DNA of 64,000 nucleotides from Thermodesulfobacteriota bacterium. Its GTDB lineage: Bacteria > Desulfobacterota > Desulfobacteria > Desulfobacterales > JAUWMJ01. Below, one piece after another: positions 37,285 through 46,999 of this stretch (positions within the stretch are counted from its first letter, which is position 1; every line of letters begins with the position of its first letter). A program made the position numbers and the translations under genes. Under the pieces are notes generated by a model. The model had not been told where the DNA came from. It searched no databases and saw nothing but the letters and a program-made list of their open reading frames with translations. Location of the stretch: positions 29,371-93,370 of the forward strand of contig JAXHVO010000125.1 of NCBI GenBank assembly GCA_034189135.1. Reading direction: 5' to 3'.

Positions 37285-40209
37285 ATGAACAGACTCGATC
37301 ATTTGCCGACATTGCGAGTAAACCCTGAAAAAAAGGTTTCCATAAGTTTCCTGGGCAAAACCTATCAAGGGGCGGAAGGCGACACAATTGCCACGGCTCT
37401 TTATGCCGGTGGCGTTCGTATTTTTGCACGAAGCCTGAAATATCACCGCCCCAGGGGGCTTTACAGTCTGGACGGAGAGTGCAGCAACACCTTGATGGAA
37501 GTTGACGGCATTCCCAATGTGCGTACGGAAAATACTATTGCCGAAAAAGGCATGACCGTAAAAGCACAAAATGTGGTTGGAAAAAGCCCTGAATTAGACC
37601 TAATGGGCTTTATGGACAAATTAAGTTGGGCCATGCCTGCCGGATTTTACTATCGTACCATGCACAAACCGGCACAAATTTGGCCTGTTGCCATTAAGCA
37701 GGTCAGGAAACTTGCCGGGCTTGGTGTGCTTTCACCAAATTTTACGATGAAGCGCAACTGCGATGAAGTCTATTTAAAAGCCGATGTATGTATTATCGGA
37801 GGCGGTCCTGCAGGCATGTTAGCGGCTCTCGCAGCATCCGAACAAGGGTTACGTGTGACCTTGCTGGAAAATCGGCCCTGGCTTGGCGGCTTTTTTGAAT
37901 ATCGCCCTGCAACATACAAACAAGACGTTCCCCTTTACAAAAGAGCAAGAGAGCTTGCTCAAAAAGTAGAGCAGGCCACAAATATCCGGGTTTTTAAACA
38001 CACAGCCATGATAGGTGCCTATAACAACAACCTGATTACCGCCTTTCAGAGAGGAAGCGAAACGGATTCCTTTGACCAGCGCTATGTTGAAATCAGAGCC
38101 GAAAGTGTGGTGGTAGCCACAGGCTGCATCGAACGTCCTCTTTTGTTCGAAAATAATGAACGACCCGGCGTGATGCAGATCGGATGCGCCCATCGTTTGG
38201 CGCGAACCTATGGACTGCTTCCAGGCAAATCATCGGTTTTCAGTATTGGAGACGACCTGGGACTCGAAGCTGCAATCGATCTTTTTGATCTGGGGATTAG
38301 AATTCCCTGTGTGGCGGACATCCGTGAAGACGGTCAGGATTCTGCTATGGTTGTCGAACTTTCAAAAAGAAAAATTCCTTTTTTCAGTGGTTGGGCGGCT
38401 AACAAAGTTCATGGTAAAAAAGGAGTAAAAAAAGTTACTTTAAGCGACATCACCGGAAAAAAACATCGTGAATTTCCCTGCGATATACTGATTGCTTCAG
38501 CCGGTTTGACGCCGGTGACCGGACCACTCAGCCTTTCAGGAGCGAAACTGGCTTTTGACAGCCATACCGGATTCTTTCTACCCAAACAATTACCTGAAAA
38601 AATGCATGTTGCGGGAAGAATGCTCGGTTTGAACGATCCAATGGCCATAGAAATTTCCGGCAGCCTTGCCGGGCTCGAAGCAGTTGCTGACTGTGGAATT
38701 ACTATGGACAAACACATCAGCACGGCCGCAGCATCCCTGAAGGCACTGCCCGGACCGGTTAGAGGTACAAAAATAGCCACAGTACCGGGGAAAGGCCATA
38801 AGACCTTCATTTGTTTTGACGAAGACACAACCCTTAAAAATGTTGACCAGGCCATAACCATGGGATTTGATGTCCCGGAGCTGATTAAGCGCTTCGCTTC
38901 CGCAGGAACAGGCCCTGGCCAGGGAGCGATTCCAGGACACAATCTGGCTTTGTATGTCAGCCGGACCCATCTTTCACCGGACAGCAATCCCAAACCGACC
39001 ACGGTCAGGCCACCTATTGTACCGACTTACCTGGCAACTTATGCAGGCACCAACCATGATATGAGTAAGAGCACGCCGGTTCATAAATCTCAGGTTGAAT
39101 CAGGCGGTATAATGGAACGGTTAGGCGTCTGGAACCGCGCACGCCGTTTTTCCGACGACAATACCGCAAAGGAAGAAATCGAAAATGTCCGTGATAATGT
39201 AGGAATGCTGGACGCCACCACCCTTGGCAAATTTCGGGTATTCGGCCCGGATGCGTTGAAAGCGCTTCAACGGGTGTATGTCAGCAACATGGAAAAGTTA
39301 GTCCCCGGTCGCATCAAGTACACTGCCATGTGCAACGAGGATGGCTGCCTGATTGATGACGGTGTTGTTATCAAGCGGGCGGAAAACGATTATTACCTCA
39401 CCACTTCAACCGGTCGGGCCGGTGGCACGGTGGAATGGTTTCGGTATCATACCCGTTACGACAACTGGGATTTTCACATAGTCAACCTGACGGATGCATT
39501 CGGTGTGATTAACCTGGCCGGACCAAATTCACGAAAATTACTTGAGAAAGTAATCGATGCGAATGTTTCAAATAACGCCTTTCCCTTTGCAGGTTATGGT
39601 GAGTTTTTAATTAAAGACGCCATTTCCGTTCGCGCCATGCGTCTTGGGTTTGTGGGTGAGCTTTCATATGAATTCCATGTACCTGCATCATATATGCAGA
39701 CTCTTTGGGATATTCTGGAAGACGCGGGAAAGGAATTTGGCATTAAAAAATTCGGTCTGGAAGCCCAGAATACGTTGCGGATGGAAAAAGGACATGTAAT
39801 CATTGGATCGGAATCCGAGCAACGCACCACCTTGCATGATGTAGGGCTTGGTTTTTTGTGGGATCGTCACAAGCCCGATGCCAAAACGGTGGGTGCTGTG
39901 GCCCTGCAACAGACAGAAGATCAGAAAGGACGCCTGAAACTTGTGGGTTTTAAGATGGAAAATCCTTCATCCAGAGCACCCAAAGATGGTTCTCTGGTTG
40001 TGGATAGCAAGATCCGTGGATATGTCTGCATGGCGCGTTACAGCCACACATTGGAAGAACCAGTCGGCATGGCCCTGGTCGAGGAGCCCCTTTCAAAGGT
40101 AGGCACTCGGCTTGAAATTTTCGAGGATGATTGTAATGACGAGCATCTTTATGCCAAGGTGGTTCAAATGCCGCTTTACGATCCTGACGGAAAACGAATG
40201 AAAATGTAA
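37285..40209 (+). CDS. soxA: Sarcosine oxidase alpha subunit-like protein (N-terminal 2Fe-2S-like/NAD-FAD domains, C-terminal GcvT-type folate-binding domain)
   Basis: ATALYAGGVRIFARSLKYHRPRGLYSLDGEC N-terminus, the VCIIGGGPAGM dinucleotide motif and a C-terminal aminomethyltransferase-like domain (GMLDATTLGKFRVFGPDA). ATG 37285 lies 9 nt after GGAG. Confidence 0.85.
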   Translation: MNRLDHLPTLRVNPEKKVSISFLGKTYQGAEGDTIATALYAGGVRIFARSLKYHRPRGLYSLDGECSNTLMEVDGIPNVRTENTIAEKGMTVKAQNVVGKSPELDLMGFMDKLSWAMPAGFYYRTMHKPAQIWPVAIKQVRKLAGLGVLSPNFTMKRNCDEVYLKADVCIIGGGPAGMLAALAASEQGLRVTLLENRPWLGGFFEYRPATYKQDVPLYKRARELAQKVEQATNIRVFKHTAMIGAYNNNLITAFQRGSETDSFDQRYVEIRAESVVVATGCIERPLLFENNERPGVMQIGCAHRLARTYGLLPGKSSVFSIGDDLGLEAAIDLFDLGIRIPCVADIREDGQDSAMVVELSKRKIPFFSGWAANKVHGKKGVKKVTLSDITGKKHREFPCDILIASAGLTPVTGPLSLSGAKLAFDSHTGFFLPKQLPEKMHVAGRMLGLNDPMAIEISGSLAGLEAVADCGITMDKHISTAAASLKALPGPVRGTKIATVPGKGHKTFICFDEDTTLKNVDQAITMGFDVPELIKRFASAGTGPGQGAIPGHNLALYVSRTHLSPDSNPKPTTVRPPIVPTYLATYAGTNHDMSKSTPVHKSQVESGGIMERLGVWNRARRFSDDNTAKEEIENVRDNVGMLDATTLGKFRVFGPDALKALQRVYVSNMEKLVPGRIKYTAMCNEDGCLIDDGVVIKRAENDYYLTTSTGRAGGTVEWFRYHTRYDNWDFHIVNLTDAFGVINLAGPNSRKLLEKVIDANVSNNAFPFAGYGEFLIKDAISVRAMRLGFVGELSYEFHVPASYMQTLWDILEDAGKEFGIKKFGLEAQNTLRMEKGHVIIGSESEQRTTLHDVGLGFLWDRHKPDAKTVGAVALQQTEDQKGRLKLVGFKMENPSSRAPKDGSLVVDSKIRGYVCMARYSHTLEEPVGMALVEEPLSKVGTRLEIFEDDCNDEHLYAKVVQMPLYDPDGKRMKM

Positions 40210-40252
40210 AATCGCATATTCGGTAGATTTCAAAAAAATGGAGTAAAATAAA

Positions 40253-40891
40253 ATGACCATCTATCAACGCCGTTCTCCTGTTTCATTTTCAGCCACTCCT
40301 GTAAAAACAGAAAAGCGGGATAACTGGACAGTGGTATTGGAATATGAAGGTGAAGGAAGAGGTCCCTGGCTGATCGATTTAAGCCACAGGGCCAAATGGG
40401 ACTTGCAGGACGGTAATATTGATGCGGTTAAATCCTGGGGTCTTTCCATACCGAAAGTACCAGGGGAATCTGTTTTTAAAAATGGACTGCTTATTAATCG
40501 CATGAACCGCACACAGGCATCGATCTGGCATTTATCCGGAGACCACCTGCAAGCTCCTGACGGCTCAGCGTACACCGATACTACCGACACAACGTTGTTT
40601 CTTACTCTTGCAGGGAATCAAGTTTTTTCAATAACTGAAAAATTAACCTCCCTGGATCTCATCGATCCTGAAAAAAAAGCGCCTTTTCTGCTCCAGGGAC
40701 CGTTATCCCATGTTCCCTGTCAGGTAGTAGTACTGGAAATAAATGGGGAAAGCGGCATAGTCCTTTTGACCTGTTCCAGGGGATACGCTCATGATATGGT
40801 CCATGCAATCCTTGAGGCAGGAAAGGAATTCAGACTCCGCCCTGCCGGGGAGAATGCATTCCAGAGTCAGCTTAAAAAATTGTTGGTTTAA
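40253..40891 (+). CDS. soxG: Sarcosine oxidase gamma subunit-like protein
   Basis: 212 aa lying directly after soxA. Size and position fit SoxG, but sequence motifs are weak. Confidence 0.6.
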   Translation: MTIYQRRSPVSFSATPVKTEKRDNWTVVLEYEGEGRGPWLIDLSHRAKWDLQDGNIDAVKSWGLSIPKVPGESVFKNGLLINRMNRTQASIWHLSGDHLQAPDGSAYTDTTDTTLFLTLAGNQVFSITEKLTSLDLIDPEKKAPFLLQGPLSHVPCQVVVLEINGESGIVLLTCSRGYAHDMVHAILEAGKEFRLRPAGENAFQSQLKKLLV

Positions 40892-40971
40892 ACCCAGAGG
40901 TCACTGTCTTCAAAATCATTCTTCAAAAAAAGAGGGGTATTTAATAACCAAAAACAAAAAGGAGGGGTATT

Positions 40972-42621
40972 ATGAAAAAACGTTTATTTGCTATTGTGTT
41001 TATCTCTGTCCTGGCGTTGTTTTTCGCCAGCGCCACAGGCTTGTTGGCCGCAAAACTGGCCAAAAAGCAGGTTTTAACCATCGCCTTTGATGCCGGTGAC
41101 ACTAAGAGTCTGGACCCTCACCGGGCCGCAACTACGGTCGACAGGAGTACCGTGGATACGATTTTCAACGGTTTGGTTCGATATCCTCCCGGCGACCAGG
41201 TAAAGCCCGAACCCGATATAGCCAAATCCTGGAAAGTCTCGAAGGATAAAAAAGTCTGGACTTTTAAATTAAGGAAAAACGTCTTTTTCCATCCTTTTCC
41301 TGGTCATCCCGATGGTTATAAGCTGACATCCGAGGATGTGGTTTATTCCCTGAAGCGGGCCGCAGACTCAAAGCATTCAGCCTATGCCGGTGAATACAAG
41401 GGTGTCAGCATCTCGGCTCCTGATGCTTATACAGTGGTGATTACCCTGGATAATCCGATATCCGAGACTCTTTTTCTGGCCAAGTTTGCGTCTTATGCCG
41501 GAGGTTTTATCGTATCAAAGAAAGTATTGGAGGCCAAAGGTGATGAATGGTTTAAAATTCATCCTGTGGGCACCGGCCCCTTCATGTTTAAATCCTATGC
41601 CCCGCGCGAAAAGACAGTGCTGGTTCGAAACCCAAAATATTTTCGGGGCGCCCCCGTTTTAGAAAAACTTGTGATTCGATACATGCCTTCCGTCAGTTCC
41701 CGTGAGCTGGGCCTCAGAACCGGGGAACTGGACATCATTGAAGGGCAGAATGAAGAAAAATGGGTTGGTAAGATTTCCCAACTTCCCGAAGTAAAAGTAC
41801 AGGCTTTTGGTCCCTGTGAGACCCAGATGGTTCATTTGAATATGACCAAAAAACCCTTTGACAACCTAAAAGTTCGCCAGGCAGTGGCCTATGCCATTTC
41901 CCGCGGTGAAGTAGCTGCATTCATGGGAAGCAGCCTTGCCGTGCCCATTTATTCTTCGGCTATGGCTCCGCCTGCAGCCGGCGCTTTAACAAAGAAAGAA
42001 GCTAAAAAGGCGGGTGTTTTATTCGAGGGTAATACAAAAAAAGCCAAATCCCTGTTGGCCGAGGCTGGTTTCCCTAACGGCTTTAAAGCTGAGGTTATCA
42101 TTTCAGAACTGGCTACCAGCTACCGTAAACCAATGGTCGGCATTCAGGCCCAGTTGAAGAAGGCAGGTATTGATATAACTCTGAAAGTCGTGGACCATTC
42201 TTCTTTTCATAGCCTGATACGTGATGATGCCAGCCCAATGGTACTTTATGCCTGCTGGAGACCCAACGCAGACGTATTTCTCACCCGGTTCTATCATTCC
42301 GATTCCGTTGTGGTCAGCGGTAAAAAACCGGACACCAACTTCTCTCATTACGGTACAGTGGATGCAAATGGAGATGGCAAAGTAGACAGTATTAATGGTT
42401 TGATCGAAAAAGCTCGTTTGGAGTTGAACGCCAAAAAGCAGAGCGCAATGTGGCGGAAGGCCCAGATACAACTCCTGAAACATGCGGCCGTAGTACCGAT
42501 TATCCGCCTGATGTACGCATTTCCCATGAAATCATACGTGGACCTCGGACATCCCCTGGTGTTTAGCTGGAGTACTTATTCCCCCCAGATCACTGAAAAA
42601 ACCAAGATTCTTGCCCATTAA
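40972..42621 (+). CDS. ABC transporter substrate-binding protein, family 5 (peptide/opine/nickel type)
   Basis: Signal peptide, SBP_bac_5 pattern (LDPHRA..., LVRYPPGD, PVGTGPFMF). A strong RBS lies upstream. Confidence 0.85.
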   Translation: MKKRLFAIVFISVLALFFASATGLLAAKLAKKQVLTIAFDAGDTKSLDPHRAATTVDRSTVDTIFNGLVRYPPGDQVKPEPDIAKSWKVSKDKKVWTFKLRKNVFFHPFPGHPDGYKLTSEDVVYSLKRAADSKHSAYAGEYKGVSISAPDAYTVVITLDNPISETLFLAKFASYAGGFIVSKKVLEAKGDEWFKIHPVGTGPFMFKSYAPREKTVLVRNPKYFRGAPVLEKLVIRYMPSVSSRELGLRTGELDIIEGQNEEKWVGKISQLPEVKVQAFGPCETQMVHLNMTKKPFDNLKVRQAVAYAISRGEVAAFMGSSLAVPIYSSAMAPPAAGALTKKEAKKAGVLFEGNTKKAKSLLAEAGFPNGFKAEVIISELATSYRKPMVGIQAQLKKAGIDITLKVVDHSSFHSLIRDDASPMVLYACWRPNADVFLTRFYHSDSVVVSGKKPDTNFSHYGTVDANGDGKVDSINGLIEKARLELNAKKQSAMWRKAQIQLLKHAAVVPIIRLMYAFPMKSYVDLGHPLVFSWSTYSPQITEKTKILAH

Positions 42622-42636
42622 GCTGTGTTGAACTCT

Positions 42637-42672
42637 GCGGCCCCTGTAATGGAGTTACCTCCAGGGGGCCGC
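42637..42672 (+). other. Intra-operon stem-loop after the binding-protein gene
   Basis: gcggcccctg ... cagggggccgc form an approximately 10-bp GC-rich stem with a 15-nt loop. No clear U-tract follows. Confidence 0.5.
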
Positions 42673-42724
42673 TACACATAATATTCCGGGAGATAACACC
42701 CGGACTGAATGATAATTTAAGCCT

Positions 42725-43666
42725 ATGTTTAATTATATAATACGCAGAATCCTTCAGAGCATACCCATTCTGTTCGTAGTCTTGACACTAGTTTTTGTGT
42801 TCGTAAGGGTGTTGCCGGGCGATCCTGCCGTGGCCGCCTTGGGCGACTACGCCAGCAAAGAAGCGGTGCAGGCTTTGCGCGAAAAACTTGGACTCGATGC
42901 GTCTTTGTGGGTGCAATATTTCAGATTTTTAGGCGATCTGGCCAAAGGTGATTTAGGCACATCCCTTATTACGGGCTACCCGGTGGCCAGGCAGATCATC
43001 AAAGTTCTGCCTTACACTTTGGAGCTAACCATATGCGCCATCTTGTTCGGTTATATATTCGGCATTCCCCTCGGGATATCCGCAGCGGTCAAGCGCAACA
43101 GTTTCATCGATTATTTCAACCGTGTTTTCTCTCTATTGGGGCTATCGGTCCCCGCTTTCTACCTGGGTATTTTATTAATGTATCTGTTTTCCATTAAACT
43201 CATGTTGTTTCCGGTGGTGGGCGGCGGCGATTTGTCCGATCCGCTGGATAACTTGCGTCATCTCTTTTTACCGGGTCTCACACTTGGCCTGATCATGACG
43301 GCTTACATCACCCGCATGACCAGATCCTCCCTGCTGGAGGTTCTGCAGGAGGATTACGTACGCACCGCACGCTCAAAGGGTGTAACCGACCGGCGGGTCC
43401 TTTATAGGCACGCTCTGCGAAACTCCCTGATCCCCATCGTGGCCCTGGGCGGCCTTTACGCAGTTGTATTGATCGGCTCCTCGGTAATGGTGGAAATCGT
43501 CTTTTCCCGTCCAGGTCTGGGTAGCCTCATGGTGGGAGCAATCAAACAAAGAGACTATAATACGCTGCAATCGGTCATGGTGATTTATGCCGGCCTGGTA
43601 GTCGTTATCAATCTCATGACCGACCTGGTCTACGGCTTGGTGGACCCGCGAATCACATACAAATAG
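42725..43666 (+). CDS. ABC transporter permease (DppB/OppB-like)
   Basis: MFNYIIRRILQSIPILFVV N-terminus and BPD_transp_1 EAA region (EDYVRTARSKG). Confidence 0.85.
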   Translation: MFNYIIRRILQSIPILFVVLTLVFVFVRVLPGDPAVAALGDYASKEAVQALREKLGLDASLWVQYFRFLGDLAKGDLGTSLITGYPVARQIIKVLPYTLELTICAILFGYIFGIPLGISAAVKRNSFIDYFNRVFSLLGLSVPAFYLGILLMYLFSIKLMLFPVVGGGDLSDPLDNLRHLFLPGLTLGLIMTAYITRMTRSSLLEVLQEDYVRTARSKGVTDRRVLYRHALRNSLIPIVALGGLYAVVLIGSSVMVEIVFSRPGLGSLMVGAIKQRDYNTLQSVMVIYAGLVVVINLMTDLVYGLVDPRITYK

Positions 43667-43686
43667 CACTTGGATCAAAGGATATC

Positions 43687-44541
43687 ATGTATAGGGAACT
43701 ATCTGTACAACAAAAGATGTGGCTTACATTCCGAAGGAACAGACCAGCATTAATAGGGGCGGTGGTCACGATCCTCATCATGCTGATAGCCATTTTTGCA
43801 CCATGGATTGCGCCCTATGATCCTCTTGTGCAGGACCCTGCCATCCGGCTTGAAGGCATAACATCCGACCATGTGCTGGGCACCGATGATTTCGGTCGCG
43901 ACGTGCTGTCGCGGATTATCCATGGCAGCCGGGTTTCACTGGTTATCGGCCTTGCCTCGGTTTTATTAGGCATGGTTGCCGGTACTATGTTGGGCATGAT
44001 TGCAGGGTACTACCGGGGGAAGGTCGAAACTCTGATCATGCGGAGCATCGACGTGATGATGTGTTTTCCGGACTTAATCCTGGCTATTGTCATTACCGCT
44101 GTACTTGGGGCCAATTTGGTCAATCTGGTAATCACTCTCGGTCTGGTCATGATGCCCAGATTTGCCCGCCTGGCCCATGGACAGCTTCTCACGCTTAGCG
44201 AAAGTGAATACGTTCTGGCAGCTCGCTCCATCGGCTTTCATGTGCCCCGCATTCTGGGCCGTCACATTTTTCCCAACATCTTCGGTGAGCTATTTGTGGC
44301 TGCGACTCTTTGGGTTGGTGTGGCTATCCGTTTGGAAGCCAATCTGGCATTTGTGGGGCTGGGGATAGCGCCTCCCACGCCCACCTGGGGTAATATGATC
44401 CGGGAGGGGGTAGATGTCATGATCAACGCACCGTGGATTTCGATTTATTCCGGTTTGGCCATTCTAATAACCATTCTGGCCTTCAATATGCTTGGAGACG
44501 GATTGCGTGATATTGCCGACCCGAAATTGAGGGGGGTTTGA
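43687..44541 (+). CDS. ABC transporter permease (DppC/OppC-like)
   Basis: OppC_N-like N-terminus (APWIAPYDP, LGTDDFGRDVLSRIIHG) and an EAA loop. Confidence 0.85.
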   Translation: MYRELSVQQKMWLTFRRNRPALIGAVVTILIMLIAIFAPWIAPYDPLVQDPAIRLEGITSDHVLGTDDFGRDVLSRIIHGSRVSLVIGLASVLLGMVAGTMLGMIAGYYRGKVETLIMRSIDVMMCFPDLILAIVITAVLGANLVNLVITLGLVMMPRFARLAHGQLLTLSESEYVLAARSIGFHVPRILGRHIFPNIFGELFVAATLWVGVAIRLEANLAFVGLGIAPPTPTWGNMIREGVDVMINAPWISIYSGLAILITILAFNMLGDGLRDIADPKLRGV

Positions 44542-44544
44542 TCT

Positions 44545-44808
44545 GTGCCTTATTTTAAAGAAGAAAATCACCATACAGTGGAGTTCATCCATGGTGTGCG
44601 CCTGGTGACTATGCCTGATGAAGTTGTGGAGCAGGCTATCTGCCTGTTGGACCTGATAGGGGCTTGTCTGGCCGGGCGTAAGGCCAGAAGGGCGGCCATT
44701 CTGATGGACTTGACCCAAAAACAATTCAGCGGAGTGGAGGAGTCAACCATAATCGGCGCCAGAAGGAAGGCTTCCTGGATTTTGAAAATCATCGGGTCAG
44801 CGATCTGA
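44545..44808 (+). pseudogene. MmgE/PrpD-family N-terminal fragment (about 77 homologous residues, then divergence and stop)
   Basis: MPDEVVEQAICLLDLIGACLAGRKARRAAILMDLTQKQFSGVEESTIIG aligns with LPAEVQHQSKRCLMDTMGALLAGTKTPVGAIMSRVATEQFSGNQATILVDG of the full-length PrpD-family gene at 53467. Confidence 0.6.
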
Positions 44809-44834
44809 TCCCGTATCTGACATGATCTTAAACT

Positions 44835-45857
44835 GTGGGAGCTAATATTTTGAGTGATGCGCTTCTTGAAATAAAAAACCTTAAGACCTACTTCTACATC
44901 GACGAAGGTATATCCAAGGCCGTGGGTGGAGTAGACCTGGTGATTAACCGTGGTGAGATCCTGGGTGTAATCGGCGAATCAGGCAGCGGCAAAAGCGTCA
45001 CCGCTCTGTCCGTGATTCAATTGGTGGCCATCCCACCCGGAAAAATCGTTTCAGGGGAGATCTGGTTTGAGGGCAAAAACCTGCTTAAAATGAGTCTGGA
45101 TGAAATTCGTCGAATCCGGGGTAACAAAATTTCCATGATTTTCCAGGAACCCATGACATCGTTGAACCCTGTTCTAACCATCGGCAATCAGATCATTGAG
45201 AATATCGTAACCCACCAGAAACTGGACAAACCTCTGGCGCGGGAGCGCGCTATCGATATGCTCAGCCTCGTGGGCATCCCCTCTCCGGGAAAGCGTATTG
45301 ACGAGTATCCACACCAACTTAGCGGCGGAATGCGTCAGAGAGCCATGATTGCCATGGCACTTTCCTGCCGGCCTAAATTGCTGATTACAGATGAGCCTAC
45401 CACTGCATTGGATGTTACCATTCAAGCACAAATTCTGGAACTGATAAGAAAAATGCGCAAAGAGATCGGCATGGCTGTTATGATGATAACTCATGACCTG
45501 GCCGTTATCGCTGAAGTTGCGGATAATGTGGTGGTGGCCTATGGTGGAAAGGTGATGGAATACGGTGATGTGATAAGTATTTTCAAGGACCCACTTCATC
45601 CATATACTAAAGCCCTCTATAATTCCATCCCAAGAATTACTGACAGCAAGAAAAGGAGGTTGGAAGTAATCGACGGCTTAGTGCCCAACCCCCTGGAACT
45701 GCCCGAAGGTTGCAGCTTCCACCCTCGATGTAAATTCGCCAGGCGGATATGCAAACAGATTGAGCCGGAACTGGTTGCCCTGGGCGCACGCAGAGTGCGC
45801 TGCCTGATGTATGATCCGGCATACCAAGACTCGTTTAAGACGGAGTCCGGTCCATGA
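44835..45857 (+). CDS. ABC transporter ATP-binding protein (DppD/OppD-like)
   Basis: Walker A (GESGSGKS), signature (LSGGMRQR), Walker B ([12 protein letters not shown]) and the oligo_HPY C-terminus. The start is uncertain between GTG 44835 and TTG 44850. Confidence 0.85.
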   Translation: MGANILSDALLEIKNLKTYFYIDEGISKAVGGVDLVINRGEILGVIGESGSGKSVTALSVIQLVAIPPGKIVSGEIWFEGKNLLKMSLDEIRRIRGNKISMIFQEPMTSLNPVLTIGNQIIENIVTHQKLDKPLARERAIDMLSLVGIPSPGKRIDEYPHQLSGGMRQRAMIAMALSCRPKLLITDEPTTALDVTIQAQILELIRKMRKEIGMAVMMITHDLAVIAEVADNVVVAYGGKVMEYGDVISIFKDPLHPYTKALYNSIPRITDSKKRRLEVIDGLVPNPLELPEGCSFHPRCKFARRICKQIEPELVALGARRVRCLMYDPAYQDSFKTESGP

Positions 45858-46861
45858 TCTCAAGAATTACTGAAGATAAGGATGTTATGGTTTCTAAAAA
45901 CATACTGCTGGAAGTCAAAAGACTTAAGAAATACTTTCCCATTCGCTCCGGTATCTTTTCCCGAATCACCGGGAATGTACACGCAGTGGACGATGTCAGC
46001 TTTTATTTAAGTGAAGGTGAGAACCTGGGTCTGGTGGGTGAGTCCGGATGCGGCAAGACGACCACCGGCAGGGTTGTTCTGGGCCTGCAAAAACCCACAT
46101 CAGGCGAGGCCCTTTTTTATGGGGAGAATATATTTGAATACAGTAAGACACGGCGCAGGGCCGAGCGGCGCAACATGCAGATTATCTTCCAGGATCCCTA
46201 TGCTTCATTGAATCCGGGCATGACCGTTGAAAAAATTATAGGCGAGCCAATGGAGTTCCATGGCATTGCTAAAGGCAAAGAAAAGCGGGACCGGGTATCC
46301 GAACTTTTAGAGACAGTGGGTTTGTCCCCTCGATACAAGAGCCGTTATCCTCACGAATTCAGCGGTGGACAGCGTCAGCGCATCGGCATTGCCCGAGCAC
46401 TGAGTCTTAACCCCAAATTGATTATCTGTGACGAGCCGGTATCCGCTCTGGACGTCTCCATTCAAGCCCAGGTGATTAACCTACTGGAGGACCTTCAGTC
46501 AAAATTCGGTTTTTCTTATCTATTCATTGCTCATGACCTAAGCGTGATTAAACATATCTCCAATCGCGTCGCGGTTATGTATCTTGGCAAAATAGTTGAA
46601 ACGGCAGAAACAGAAGAACTTTTCCGCCATCCGCAACATCCGTATACGGAAGCACTCATGTCTGCTGTGCCGGTTCCGGATCCAACCCTTAAACGTGAGC
46701 AGATCATATTGGAAGGAGACGTGCCCAGTCCCATAAACCCTCCATCGGGCTGCTATTTCAGAACAAGATGCCGGTACGTCAAACCGATCTGCTCCGAAAA
46801 AGAGCCTCTTCTTACAGATCTTGGTGGAGCACATTACGCTGCCTGTCATTTGAGATGTTAA
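45854..46861 (+). CDS. ABC transporter ATP-binding protein (DppF/OppF-like)
   Basis: [17 protein letters not shown] and [12 protein letters not shown] motifs, with an ATGA overlap with the previous gene. Confidence 0.85.
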   Translation: MISRITEDKDVMVSKNILLEVKRLKKYFPIRSGIFSRITGNVHAVDDVSFYLSEGENLGLVGESGCGKTTTGRVVLGLQKPTSGEALFYGENIFEYSKTRRRAERRNMQIIFQDPYASLNPGMTVEKIIGEPMEFHGIAKGKEKRDRVSELLETVGLSPRYKSRYPHEFSGGQRQRIGIARALSLNPKLIICDEPVSALDVSIQAQVINLLEDLQSKFGFSYLFIAHDLSVIKHISNRVAVMYLGKIVETAETEELFRHPQHPYTEALMSAVPVPDPTLKREQIILEGDVPSPINPPSGCYFRTRCRYVKPICSEKEPLLTDLGGAHYAACHLRC

Positions 46862-46999
46862 TTACCGGACAAATTTGTTTAAGGTTTTTCTGCCGGCGCA
46901 AAATATAGAAAAATTTTAAAATTATTGACAAAAATTGCCGTTTGAGATTTAAAAATGATAGAAAAAGCTTGGAGAATCAGAAAAAACAGGGAGTAAAAT

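Noticed and set aside
40791-41090. 99-aa ORF bridging soxG and the binding-protein gene
   Set aside because: It overlaps the ends of two supported genes in a different frame and has no motif.
46925-46953. TTGACA at 46925 as a promoter for the Opu-type operon
   Set aside because: With a 17-nt spacer the -10 would be TTTAAA, and no better hexamer is in range. This is too weak to report as a feature.
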